Shown here piece after piece: positions 29,875 to 39,762 of a DNA stretch of 64,000 nt. Under the pieces are notes generated by a model. It ran no database searches. It was not told the DNA's origin and saw nothing but the letters and a program-made list of their open reading frames with translations. Numbering within the stretch: position 1 is the first letter of the stretch; each line of letters starts with the position of its first letter. The stretch covers positions 2,688,001-2,752,000 of the forward strand of contig CBDANF010000003.1 in the NCBI GenBank assembly GCA_965197475.1. The letters are read 5' to 3'. The translations under genes and the position numbers were made by a program. The DNA comes from Candidatus Poribacteria bacterium (GTDB lineage: Bacteria; Poribacteria; WGA-4E; WGA-3G).

Positions 29875-29904
29875 TTTTCTACTCAATTTGCGTAAGTCCT
29901 GTAA

Positions 29905-30594
29905 TCAACTTATAAACGATTTTACTTTACCCACAATTTCAGAAAAGTAGCAGAGCCGCTCATAATACCCCATAACCCGCTTTACATACTCACGAGTCTC
30001 TTTATATCCTCTAAAATACCCGTGCGGTGGCACACCCGACTCCCAAATTTCGGCATGTAAAGCTTTATCCTTTTCAGTAAGTAGACAGAGATTCGCGCTG
30101 ATGGATTCCCACTGATAGGGTTCACCTTTGCGGTGTCCCGCAATTTTCTGTGCATCACTGATATGCCCACGTCCACCGTTGTAACTGGCTAAGGCAATAC
30201 GGACACGATTCGGATGTGAACTTTCTTGATAGAGATCGTATAAACCGCGAAGGTAACGGGTCGCGCCAGCAATGCTTTCATTAGCCTGAAATGGATCGGT
30301 AACACCAAGTTCTTTCGCTGTCTCAGGCATCAGCTGCATCAATCCCTTTGCTCCTGCAGCACTCTCAGCATGTTTGTTAAATCCCGATTCTTGAACAATC
30401 AGGGCAGTAATTAGCCGCCAATCCAACTGATGTGTCGCAGCATGTTTTTGAATAACAGGACGGTACTTCAAAATATCAGGCGTAACAATCAGAAGACGCA
30501 CACCGTTCCAGTCACGGACAAATGTGGCAAATCCCACAACCAGTACCGTACAGATGATAATTCTCACAAAAATGCGTCTTGTTATCTTTACCAT
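29905..30594 (-). CDS. Lytic transglycosylase (SLT domain, MltF-like)
   Basis: ALIVQESGF, GAKGLMQLMPETA, LASYNGGRG, ETREYVKRV; N-terminal TM segment. Confidence 0.9.
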   Translation of the reverse strand: MVKITRRIFVRIIICTVLVVGFATFVRDWNGVRLLIVTPDILKYRPVIQKHAATHQLDWRLITALIVQESGFNKHAESAAGAKGLMQLMPETAKELGVTDPFQANESIAGATRYLRGLYDLYQESSHPNRVRIALASYNGGRGHISDAQKIAGHRKGEPYQWESISANLCLLTEKDKALHAEIWESGVPPHGYFRGYKETREYVKRVMGYYERLCYFSEIVGKVKSFIS

Positions 30595-30813
30595 GTGAGT
30601 CCAACCCCACTCTTCTCAAGGTGCGGCAGGTTCGGTTTCCTAACCGAACCGGGTTATCCAAGTCCATCGCCACGGTTTCTTATTTTGTAACACTGTTCGG
30701 AATACACAAGATGAAGGTTTTCACTGACTATCTGGAGCGGTTAGGAAACCGCTCCTACCGGCGAGGACATCAAAAGTGTTGAGTTTTCTAAATTAACACC
30801 TTATACCTCACTT

Positions 30814-32457
30814 TTAATTTCCCCAAACATAAGCAAACAGAAAAACAAAACGGTGCTGCTGCTCAGTTTCACCTTCTGCATGATCCAGGTTTTGAATATA
30901 ACGCCACGCATAGTTGATGGAACCTTTCCAAGCAGTTATTGGGCGATATTTCCAACCAACCCGAATTTCAGAAAGCCTTTCAACTACGCCTGAAGGAAAC
31001 TGAATATTTTGATAGTCCTCACCGTAAAAACGATCAGTAATATCCGCCTCCCCGTTTCGTTGATGACTAAAACGAGTCTCAATCACTGCTGAAGGTGTAG
31101 CCTGATAAGACACGCGGAACGTAAATATATCCGCATCCGTGCCAATCGGATGTCCTATCATCGCCCCAAAGTGAGTAAACTGATTATCGGACTCAAGATG
31201 CGTATACGCCCATCGATTGACTCGCACATATTCTGTGTGTATTCCCAGTTGACGTTCTGTCCGGTGTGGATACCACTCCAGACCTATAAGCCATGTGACT
31301 GCATGTGGATCAGAGGTCTCTGGATTATACTGAAAATCATCTGCCACCCACTCTACATAGAGGCGAAGCCCATCAATCGGACGCACTGCCCCATCAAAAC
31401 TGAACATGATGTTGTCGTCATTTTTCGCATTGTATTGAACCGCATAATACGGAATAACAGGATTGAGATAGTTCCACGCCACCGATTGCACGTCGCCACC
31501 GTAAAGCACCCACTCAGCAGCACCGATTTCAAGCCAATCGCTGAATTGATAGTCAAGCCGATGTGCGCTGAGATAACGTTTTGCGAGATAGCGAGTTTCG
31601 CCATCGTCATACCACGTCGAATTGAGCTGTGCAGAAAATGCTGTGGCTTTGAGTGCCCCTATTTTGCATGGAAAAGTGCCAGTGAGTCGGATAAGTTCAA
31701 AGGGCGGTGAGTTGTCCGAAATCCCAACAGATTTGTCAGGACTACCACCCCAGAACACAAAATCTCTGCCTATCAAAAGGTCCAATTCAGCGTCTCCAAA
31801 AGGCATCAAGTGGTATTGGAGATAACTTCTTTTGAAATCAACAACATAGTCACCACGCCATCTTTCAAAACGTTGATCAGCAGATTTCAGAAGCGGCGGC
31901 GGATCCGGCAGAAAAAAACTCTCAATAAAATCGGGACCTTGTTCAAAATTAGAGAATTCTAACTCTGTATATATCGTGAGCCGATTCTTGTTATTTCCGA
32001 TACCGTAATGAAATCCGCTTTGAAGTGCAGGCGCGATTTCTTTATTCGTCCCACGAAGTTCTGGCTGTATACGTATATCAGTCTTTTGTTTGGAAACAAG
32101 GTGCGAATCCTGTGGGTGTATTCGTGCTAATTCAGATCGAAATTCACGCTTGAGTTGCTCTAATAATTTTCTGTCTATAGGTGATACAGTGACCGTACCT
32201 GTGCTAATCCTTGCTTCAGCGCGTTGGATAATTTTTGCCACATCATCACGCGAAAGTGGCAAAGAATACCGATGAAAACCACCTGTGATACCTGCTATCT
32301 CCAGTTTAGCAAGTGCATCAATCACCCAACCGTCAAAGTTAAGCGGTATACTCGGCGCAGCTTGAACTGAAAACAAAATGAGTAGCATCAATAAGAAAAT
32401 AGCGTAGAGAAGCAACGCGTAATTCTTACACACTACGGTAAAATCTTGCGAGTTCAT
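30814..32457 (-). CDS. Capsule assembly Wzi-like outer-membrane beta-barrel protein
   Basis: Signal peptide; [35 protein letters not shown]; ATGA-coupled to nadE. Confidence 0.7.
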   Translation of the reverse strand: MNSQDFTVVCKNYALLLYAIFLLMLLILFSVQAAPSIPLNFDGWVIDALAKLEIAGITGGFHRYSLPLSRDDVAKIIQRAEARISTGTVTVSPIDRKLLEQLKREFRSELARIHPQDSHLVSKQKTDIRIQPELRGTNKEIAPALQSGFHYGIGNNKNRLTIYTELEFSNFEQGPDFIESFFLPDPPPLLKSADQRFERWRGDYVVDFKRSYLQYHLMPFGDAELDLLIGRDFVFWGGSPDKSVGISDNSPPFELIRLTGTFPCKIGALKATAFSAQLNSTWYDDGETRYLAKRYLSAHRLDYQFSDWLEIGAAEWVLYGGDVQSVAWNYLNPVIPYYAVQYNAKNDDNIMFSFDGAVRPIDGLRLYVEWVADDFQYNPETSDPHAVTWLIGLEWYPHRTERQLGIHTEYVRVNRWAYTHLESDNQFTHFGAMIGHPIGTDADIFTFRVSYQATPSAVIETRFSHQRNGEADITDRFYGEDYQNIQFPSGVVERLSEIRVGWKYRPITAWKGSINYAWRYIQNLDHAEGETEQQHRFVFLFAYVWGN

Positions 32458-34559
32458 TCAGTTTCCAACTCCTCTAACATCTTATCAATTTTACGAAACT
32501 GCCAACCCCATCGTGTATTATATAAGAATTGTCGTAGGTCAAATCGGTTGTCATCAGGCGAATAGGGTTCGGCGTGGTATGCAGGGGTTAATGTCGTCAT
32601 CTTATGCCGATTAATAGCGTAGTAGCGGAAAAACCTTTTGACCTTCTCTGCTACTTCACCGGCAGGTAGATGATTCCATTCCTGAACAAGTTTTTCAAAC
32701 ATACTGACAGGACCACACCGATGCACTTTTCGGAGCTGTCCGAAACGACTCAACTCGGTGTATGTCATTCCCATATCTTCTTCATCGGTTTGAGTGTAGG
32801 TCTCAGTGATAGGTTCTAATTCAGCAGTTGGCGGTGCCTCAAGGATAGTGCCGAGGCTTGGATAACCGAGATGCTCCGCTGCCCAGCGCAGAAAACTACG
32901 TAGATCCGTTTTGCTGATACTTCCAATCGGATTGATGTCGGCACTACTACAATCATATTTCGTCAGATAACCACGCAACGCCTCGTCAACATTACCTGTG
33001 CCTAAGACAAGAAGCGTGCCGCGCCTATTACGAACCCACGGCAACGTCTGTGCAAAAAGATAACTGATGACCATCCGCAGACGCGCCTGTATGTTTTGAA
33101 GTGCCTGATTCTCTATCGTGCTTCCGCCTTCGGTCTTGAACTGAGGCGTTTTGCCGGTTATACCAAAAAACAGTTTTCGCAAAGCACCCACAAGGGACTC
33201 CATGTTGATATCAAGATGATAGCTTCCAATTTCACTCGCCAACTGTTTTGCGCGATGCCGTGTTTCACGAGAACTGTTTGCTGTCCCTATGTAGCAAGTA
33301 TAGAGCAGCTGATTTGCAATATATTGCGCTGCGGGCTGCGGATCACTAAAATCGGTTTTGATTTTTTCTACACATTCGGCACCAAGCAACGTTTCTGCAT
33401 CACGGATAACGTGCGGCATATCAGCAAGAATCGCTTTTGCAACGAGTTGACACATAGAACCGACAAGCGTCGCAACAGCACCGCTATCCGAACCGCCCGA
33501 AAGCGGAACGAAAAAGCCTGCTGCTTCGGAACGCCTCAGATAATCCCAAAGCCAACATGCCGGACCAAGCGCAATCTCTTCTTCAGGCGTGTGAATGTTG
33601 AGGTCAACCTTCGGAACGGTGACAGAACGTTTTTCAACATCTGTCACCTTAAAATCAGCATAAATTTGCGGAATAGAAACCCCATGACTTGCCTGCACTG
33701 CTCCACTCATTCTTGAACCGCGATAGGATCGCACATCCCGTAAATCAACAGTCGCTGTGACAACTTCAACATCATTGATAGAAAATTGTGAGCCTTGTGT
33801 GAGGATGTGTCCGTTTTGCGCTATCGTTGCGCAACCATCGAAATAGAGCCTGCCACCATCACAGCCCTGCTGATTCGCATAAAGGTAAACCCCGCCACAT
33901 TTTTCTGTCGCATTTCGAATCAGCGATAGACGCGTATCAAGTTTGCGAAGTTCGTGATGTGAACCCGATCCATTGGCAATTATCTCAACGCCGTTATATG
34001 CAAGATCAATATGCGGGGAGTGCGGTGCAAACAACTCTTCACAGGTTTCCGATGCCAAAACTGTATCGTGTGTCACAATGACGGCGCACCCTATCGGCAC
34101 AGTACGATTCGGTGTGATTTCGAGGATCTCAGGCGGCACCTGAAAAGGTTCCGTTGTCCATCCTTTTTGCCATGCGGTAAACCAACGTGGCTCCCGATAG
34201 TTCCCTTCAGCAGCAAGCACCAATTTTGGACGAATTAGAAGAATCTTCCCATCACAGACAAACACGCGGCAGTTGTAACGCACACTTTTGTGCATGACCG
34301 GCATCCCAATATCGCACAAGATACCGTTGGTATGCCCACCGATTATGATCCGTGCCAGGGATTCCCAACTATGACGTAACGTATCTTCTTCAAGGAAATG
34401 ATCTTCACATGAATAACCCGTTATCTCAAGTTCAGGACCGAGCCGATAGCGCGCTCCTGTCGCTTTAGCACGTTCAATCGATTCAATGATGCGATCACAA
34501 TTTCCCTCAAAGTCAAGTGCCCACTGATTCAGGTTGCACGTTGCAAGTGTTGTTTTCAT
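32454..34559 (-). CDS. nadE: Glutamine-dependent NAD+ synthetase, eukaryotic NADSYN1/Qns1-like
   Basis: Nitrilase domain ([19 protein letters not shown]) plus synthetase domain ([43 protein letters not shown]). Confidence 0.93.
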   Translation of the reverse strand: MKTTLATCNLNQWALDFEGNCDRIIESIERAKATGARYRLGPELEITGYSCEDHFLEEDTLRHSWESLARIIIGGHTNGILCDIGMPVMHKSVRYNCRVFVCDGKILLIRPKLVLAAEGNYREPRWFTAWQKGWTTEPFQVPPEILEITPNRTVPIGCAVIVTHDTVLASETCEELFAPHSPHIDLAYNGVEIIANGSGSHHELRKLDTRLSLIRNATEKCGGVYLYANQQGCDGGRLYFDGCATIAQNGHILTQGSQFSINDVEVVTATVDLRDVRSYRGSRMSGAVQASHGVSIPQIYADFKVTDVEKRSVTVPKVDLNIHTPEEEIALGPACWLWDYLRRSEAAGFFVPLSGGSDSGAVATLVGSMCQLVAKAILADMPHVIRDAETLLGAECVEKIKTDFSDPQPAAQYIANQLLYTCYIGTANSSRETRHRAKQLASEIGSYHLDINMESLVGALRKLFFGITGKTPQFKTEGGSTIENQALQNIQARLRMVISYLFAQTLPWVRNRRGTLLVLGTGNVDEALRGYLTKYDCSSADINPIGSISKTDLRSFLRWAAEHLGYPSLGTILEAPPTAELEPITETYTQTDEEDMGMTYTELSRFGQLRKVHRCGPVSMFEKLVQEWNHLPAGEVAEKVKRFFRYYAINRHKMTTLTPAYHAEPYSPDDNRFDLRQFLYNTRWGWQFRKIDKMLEELETE

Positions 34560-34634
34560 ATTTTTACACAATTAGTAGTTTTGCGATTAAACCTTAACAA
34601 AAATCCCTTGCTTTTTCTTTTTTAGCATTTTTAT

Positions 34635-34664
34635 TTGACATTTTGACAATTTTTGTGGTATCAT
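34635..34664 (+). promoter_or_regulatory. Promoter pointing antisense into the tRNA-like element
   Basis: TTGACA-18 bp-TATCAT with extended TG. Confidence 0.5.
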
Positions 34665-34699
34665 ATTTATGTTCAGAGTAAAAACCGCTGAACACCTTA

Positions 34700-34767
34700 T
34701 GGAGGAGGCGGGAATCGAACCCGCGAAAAATGAGTGCTAACCCCATATCCAGAACCATCTCTCCCCC
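34700..34767 (-). ncRNA. tRNA-Ala/tmRNA-TLD-like RNA (68 nt, no D-stem)
   Basis: GGGGGAG-AGATGGTTCTGGAT-ATGGG-GTTAGCA-CTCAT-TTTTC-GCGGG-TTCGATT-CCCGC-CTCCTCC-A: 7-bp acceptor stem with G3:U70, canonical T-arm, discriminator A, no encoded CCA. Confidence 0.65.
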
Positions 34768-34793
34768 ATATTTAGGTGTTCAGCGGTTTCATT

Positions 34794-34822
34794 ATTATAA
34801 TACATTTTCTGCCTGTTTGCAA
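34794..34822 (-). promoter_or_regulatory. Promoter for the tRNA-like RNA / nadE leader
   Basis: TTGCAA-17 bp-TATAAT on the minus strand; predicted start near 34787. Confidence 0.65.
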
Positions 34823-35053
34823 ATTAACACCCCAAATTTATCTTTAAAAAAAGTGCTATAAATCCTTATGTAGACTACATTTTGGCTTGATTTAATTCTA
34901 ATTGAGTCAAAAAACAGCCTAATTAGACAACAAAATTACCATAAACCCAGTATTCATGCGCTGCGGAATATAGGTTTTATAGTTATCAGTCATCAGCATT
35001 CAGCAAAGAGGGCTTCTCTTAACTAACTGCTGATTGCTGACCGCCGATGACTA

Positions 35054-36367
35054 TCATGTCTTTTGCGGCTTTTTACGAGCGGCAGGAAACAAGATATTAT
35101 TTAATATCAACCGATAACCCGGTGAATGCTTGTGTAGGTCTAAATTCGTAGGAATCTTCCCCTCACCAACGAGGTGACGGTAATCCTCAGGGTCATGTCC
35201 ACCGAGGAACGTAAAAGTCCCCTTCCCTAAAGTGCCGTGAATATACTTGGCATAATTCGTCCCTTCAATTTTTGCTAAAATCGTAACAGATGGGTGAATC
35301 CTGTCCAAATTAAAAGATGTTGTCTGTCCAAGATAACCGCGAACCTCCGAAACATGGTTTTGTGTGAGCATTGTCGGAATAGGATCATGTTTAGCAGAAA
35401 ATTCAAACAGTTGAAAATCCTCAACACCGGTCTGTGGGCTCCGATCAGGATTCGGATTGTCAACGTCTGAGAACTCATAACGATTCGGGTTCGGGTAAAG
35501 CGTGAAATTCTTGAAAGCGAACGTTCGTTCAAAATCCAATAAATTTTGGAAATCGGGTGCCATCGGGGTAGCGTCTAAAACAGGGTCAACAATATCAATT
35601 GTCCCACCTTTTGCAGCCAAAGCAATGTCCAAAGTTTCGGGTGCTGAACACATAGCAAATATAAATCCACCCTTTGCCACATAATCGGCGATATCCAATG
35701 CGGTTTGACCTTTGTGGCGAGAGACACTCTTAAATCCTGCTTCTTTTGCTGCACCTTCAAATAACGCCATCCGTTGCTGATACCACACTTGATGTGAAAA
35801 AGAGCCATGAAATTTCCCGTGTTGCCCCGAGAAATCTTCATGATGTAAGTGAAGCCAATCGTAGCCTTCTGTATGCAATGCCCCGCGCTGCACCTCTTTG
35901 TCCCAGATTTGGTCATAAGGAATTTCCGCATAATCCAGCGCAAGTTTCACTGCATCGTCCCACGGATCACGATATACGGATGCTCCAGGTGGCGCATACA
36001 CAGCAATTCTTGGGGCTTTTTCTAATAATATCTCATCCATATTGCTCGTTTCAATGATAGTCTCTTTGATTGTTTGATATTCTACATTGCTCATCGGTTC
36101 AAAAGAGACACCCATCTGTGTTGCCCGTGCTCGCACATCCGCCGCATCGGGAATCACAAATGCACCGCCCCGATAATTCAGCCACCAATAACATTGATAT
36201 TCACGCGGCACCTCTAATGCCCAATATGTCAATCCATAAGCTTTCAGATGGTTCGTCTGTTTCTGCTCCATCGGTACAAGCAAATATTGTGCTGAGGCGG
36301 TAGACATAATCATTGTAAGGCAAACTATTATCAGGAAAGAAAGCGCGAACTTGTTTAGTTTATACAT
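35054..36367 (-). CDS. Conserved secreted protein (family often labelled asparagine synthetase B; function uncertain)
   Basis: Signal peptide; LVPMEQKQTNHLKAYGLTYW, DWLHLHHEDFSGQHGKF, FAMCSA, GGHDPEDY, SPGYRLILNNILFPAA. Confidence 0.7.
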   Translation of the reverse strand: MYKLNKFALSFLIIVCLTMIMSTASAQYLLVPMEQKQTNHLKAYGLTYWALEVPREYQCYWWLNYRGGAFVIPDAADVRARATQMGVSFEPMSNVEYQTIKETIIETSNMDEILLEKAPRIAVYAPPGASVYRDPWDDAVKLALDYAEIPYDQIWDKEVQRGALHTEGYDWLHLHHEDFSGQHGKFHGSFSHQVWYQQRMALFEGAAKEAGFKSVSRHKGQTALDIADYVAKGGFIFAMCSAPETLDIALAAKGGTIDIVDPVLDATPMAPDFQNLLDFERTFAFKNFTLYPNPNRYEFSDVDNPNPDRSPQTGVEDFQLFEFSAKHDPIPTMLTQNHVSEVRGYLGQTTSFNLDRIHPSVTILAKIEGTNYAKYIHGTLGKGTFTFLGGHDPEDYRHLVGEGKIPTNLDLHKHSPGYRLILNNILFPAARKKPQKT

Positions 36368-36532
36368 AGATACACCTCATACCATATCTGTAGCAAAATC
36401 AAAAAATTTACCTATCATTTTCCTCGTAATTTGTGATTTTAAATTTTAATTATTTTAGCATGAGTTCTAAATAAGCATTCAAGCGTAAGGTAGAATACCA
36501 AATCAACACACGTTGTAAGCATGTTTAGTCTA

Positions 36533-36686
36533 TCGCTCCAGCGGAGCGAAATGTTTATAGAAAAGAGTTAGTTCTTTCTTCCGCTCCAGCGGAGCGGTAT
36601 GTGGTGTCATTACACATAGCACTCCGCTGGAGTGCTATAACTTGGAATCACGTTTTCTATAGACATAGCACTCCGCTGGAGTGCGG
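36533..36686. repeat. REP cluster (CGCTCCAGCGGAGCG / GCACTCCGCTGGAGTGC)
   Basis: Two forward and two inverted palindromes; further copies at about 37100-37165. Confidence 0.75.
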
Positions 36687-36824
36687 AAAAAGATTTGTTA
36701 CCAATATGAATCGTGTCGGGTACCTCTAAATCCTTAAAGTTGAACCCACGTTATCTTGGATTTCGGGTGCTGTATGAAATTAGGCTATGTCTGCGTTTTT
36801 TATCTGTATATTCGCCTGTAAACT

Positions 36825-37022
36825 TTATAGCTGCGCCACCGACAAATTCTTTTGATGCCTTATGAATAATATCGCGTGACGGGCTATGAACTTGAACGAT
36901 ACCAGATATAAGCTGAGTTGTATTCTCACAAATTTCAGGTTTAACGATAAATAACCATTGGTTTGGATATTTCTCAACATTTCTTTGACCGTTAGCCGCT
37001 TATTATCCACTGCAAAACTCAT
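36825..37022 (-). CDS. Hypothetical 65-aa protein
   Basis: AGGAGA SD-like sequence before ATG; no recognisable motif. Confidence 0.3.
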   Translation of the reverse strand: MSFAVDNKRLTVKEMLRNIQTNGYLSLNLKFVRIQLSLYLVSFKFIARHAILFIRHQKNLSVAQL

Positions 37023-37039
37023 AGTTATCTCCTATTATA

Positions 37040-37244
37040 ACCCAAGTTGCTACCTTTTGAAAATCAATCAATTCCCTTATCGTTAGGGTGTTTAATCTTT
37101 CGCTCCAGCGGAGCGAAATGTTTATAGAAAAAGTGAGTCCTTATCCTCCGCTCCAGCGGAGCGGTATGTCCAGTAACTGTGAGTAGCACTTATCTGAAAA
37201 TTCTGTGTAGATGACATTTTCATGTTATAGGTGGCAACTTGGGT
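37040..37244. mobile_element. 205-bp MITE with 16-bp TIRs and 7-bp TSD TATTATA
   Basis: ACCCAAGTTGCTACCT...AGGTGGCAACTTGGGT; TATTATA at 37033-37039 and 37245-37251; carries a REP pair. Confidence 0.8.
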
Positions 37245-37310
37245 TATTATACAATAAAAATACGCAATTAGTAGTTTTGGACATGATAAAATTTGATAAT
37301 TTTAGTGTAT

Positions 37311-38336
37311 TTATGACAGTAATTCATTTATTGTTATTAATTGGGGATTAAATTTTTCGAAACCCAATGGTGTAAGTTTTAATTTATTCATATATTCATA
37401 GTTTATATTTTTGCATATTTCTATTAAGTCTTTATCGTCTGAAGCAAAAATATCACAGAATGGCAAGTGTAATATGTATCTTATATCTCTTGTAAAATTT
37501 GTGCCTTTAGTTTGTATGATAAATTTGCATTTTTCTATATTGAAATACAGAAAATATATATAGTAGCAGAAAAAAGTATAAGGGTATCTTTGGCTTATTT
37601 TTATGTTGTTGTTAATTGTTTCTTTTATCTCTTGTGTTTCTTTTTCTGTTAGTTTTGCGATTGGTGCTATTGCATTAATGCTGTTTGTTGTATTTCTGTT
37701 AAAAATAGTTTCTATGTCTATTATTAATGCATGAAACATTTTTTGCATTATTTCTTTTTTAAATTTCTTATCATTGTTTTTGATATTGTCCCTAATAAAT
37801 TTTATCAAATCATTATTTATATTTTCATCGCCGTATTTTAATAAGTATTTTTGTAGTTTTTCAATATACCTTTTTTGATTTATGCGTGGGTCTCCTAATT
37901 GGCCTATTATTTCAGCAAATTCAATTATATAATTAGAGGCTTGATTGTTTTCGAAAAACTTTTTTAAAATTTCAAATATCTTTTCTTCTTCTTCAAATTG
38001 TTGTTTGGCATACTGGTTCAGGTTTTTGATTTCACGTTTTAAATCTTCTGTTTCACCTATTTGGGCATAAGTCATTTTCGTTATCGGTATATTTTCTATA
38101 ATTTCTTTTTTTATTATTTCTGGTGTTGTATCATAACATACATGGTATTCTAATCTTATTTTTGATTGAATAAATTCATCTATTTTTTCTTTGCCATATT
38201 TTATTGATCCTATTAATAATTCAAAACTCAGTATAGGACTATACCTAATATCATATAACGAATGTAAAAAACTAATTTCTTCTTGTTTTAGTGTTTGTAG
38301 CGACGATTTGTCTAATAGTAGTATTTGTTTTCTCAT
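37311..38336 (-). CDS. AT-rich hypothetical protein, possibly PIN-like fold
   Basis: Start MRKQILLLDKSSL 4 nt after the MTase stop; SPILSFEL; C-terminal RDIRY...CDIFASDDKDL acidic pattern. Confidence 0.55.
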   Translation of the reverse strand: MRKQILLLDKSSLQTLKQEEISFLHSLYDIRYSPILSFELLIGSIKYGKEKIDEFIQSKIRLEYHVCYDTTPEIIKKEIIENIPITKMTYAQIGETEDLKREIKNLNQYAKQQFEEEEKIFEILKKFFENNQASNYIIEFAEIIGQLGDPRINQKRYIEKLQKYLLKYGDENINNDLIKFIRDNIKNNDKKFKKEIMQKMFHALIIDIETIFNRNTTNSINAIAPIAKLTEKETQEIKETINNNIKISQRYPYTFFCYYIYFLYFNIEKCKFIIQTKGTNFTRDIRYILHLPFCDIFASDDKDLIEICKNINYEYMNKLKLTPLGFEKFNPQLITINELLS

Positions 38337-38340
38337 GTGA

Positions 38341-39705
38341 TTACAACACTCCTTGCTCTTTAAGTTTAGCAATAAGTTCTGCCTGCGTTCCAGTGCCTTT
38401 AGTAGAATTACAAGCCCCACAGAGAAGTTGCAAGTTATCCTTGTGGTCTGTGCCACCGTGTTTTTGTGGGACAATATGATCTACAGTCAAATTACGGAAT
38501 GGAAAATGAGTTCGGCAGCCATTGCAGACACCTTCCTGTTTACCATAAAGTGTGTGTTTGTGGGTTTGGTAATTAGGCAATTTCTCACTGCGCTTGGGTA
38601 TATCGGTTCGGTGTGTTACATCATAAAACATTCCAAGTTCTTTCTTAAGACGCATTTTGACAAGTTCTACGGCTTTTTCTGATATATCAATACCGATCCA
38701 CTGACGGTTTAGACGCTCTGCTGCCACGCAGGTTGTTGCACAACCGCAGAAGGGGTCTAATACCATATCACCTTCTTTTGATGATGCCTTGATTATCCGT
38801 TCTAATAATGCTAATGGTTTTTGTGTGGGGTAGCCTGTTTTTTCGTTTCCTAATACTGGCTGTATATCTGTCCATAAATTATTTGCTGGCATTCCTTCCT
38901 TTAAACGGTGTTTACGATATACTTTTCCGTTGGCAAAATCAAGTTCACCTTCTTCATCTAATTTTTGTAGTGTTGATTTTTTTACAGTCCATCCGCTTGG
39001 GTTTGGCGGATAAAATCCTTTATATTCATAGCAAAGATTTGGACGCTCTCCTAATCCAGGAGGTCTGAATGGATTTCGTCTTTCATATTTTCCTTTTTCA
39101 TCTTTAAATTTGAATTTTTTTAGATATTCTTCACTGAATGGAATAAGGTCTGAATTTATATCAAATTTACTATTATGATATGCGTAATATAGAATTTGGT
39201 CTGTTGACGTGCCGTATGATTTTTCTTTATACTGTGTTGTTTTACCTGCTCCCTGTATGCGTTGCCAAACAATTTCATTTCTAAAGTTTTCTTTACCAAA
39301 AACACTATCCATAAGAATTTTTAGATAGTGACTTGCTGTTGGATCACAATGAAGGTATATACTTCCTGTATCTTTCAAAACACGTTTCATCTCAAGCAGG
39401 CGGATTGACATCATTATTAGATATGATTTCATTCCCTTTCCGTGTGTTATTTCTGATGTCTGTATTGCCTGATATAAAGCGGGTTCACGGTCTGCGATTT
39501 CGCCGTGCCAAGCATTGTCAACGTCTGATAGTGTCCACGTATCCTTAAACGCTGCACCAGCAGCTTCACTGCCAATTGGAGCTGCGTAATTTCGGTTGGA
39601 ATTGAAAGGTGGATCAAGGTATATTAGATCTGCGGACTGGGTGTCCAAACCACGCAATATATGTAAATTATCATTACTAAAGATTGTACGATTATTAACA
39701 TTCAT
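38341..39705 (-). CDS. Amino-DNA methyltransferase (beta class) fused to a C-terminal HNH domain
   Basis: IYLDPPF, YPTQKPLALLERII, VLDPFCGCAT; CNGC..LTVDHIVP..GG.D..NLQLLCGACN..KG. Confidence 0.9.
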   Translation of the reverse strand: MNVNNRTIFSNDNLHILRGLDTQSADLIYLDPPFNSNRNYAAPIGSEAAGAAFKDTWTLSDVDNAWHGEIADREPALYQAIQTSEITHGKGMKSYLIMMSIRLLEMKRVLKDTGSIYLHCDPTASHYLKILMDSVFGKENFRNEIVWQRIQGAGKTTQYKEKSYGTSTDQILYYAYHNSKFDINSDLIPFSEEYLKKFKFKDEKGKYERRNPFRPPGLGERPNLCYEYKGFYPPNPSGWTVKKSTLQKLDEEGELDFANGKVYRKHRLKEGMPANNLWTDIQPVLGNEKTGYPTQKPLALLERIIKASSKEGDMVLDPFCGCATTCVAAERLNRQWIGIDISEKAVELVKMRLKKELGMFYDVTHRTDIPKRSEKLPNYQTHKHTLYGKQEGVCNGCRTHFPFRNLTVDHIVPQKHGGTDHKDNLQLLCGACNSTKGTGTQAELIAKLKEQGVL

Positions 39706-39762
39706 TTATTATTTCCTGATAAGAAATTTCCAAAACATAACGGACATAACAATAGCCACACC

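Noticed and set aside
34700-34767. Canonical tRNA gene or prophage att remnant
   Set aside because: No D-stem and an atypical anticodon loop; both acceptor strands are present (att remnants usually keep one part) and no integrase is nearby. Kept as a tRNA-like ncRNA.
35054-36367. True asparagine synthetase B
   Set aside because: Has a signal peptide and lacks the N-terminal Cys Ntn domain and the SGGLDS motif.
38337-38474. N-terminal extension of the 387-aa ORF
   Set aside because: Overlaps the HNH domain of the MTase; ATG 38336 just after the MTase stop is more plausible.
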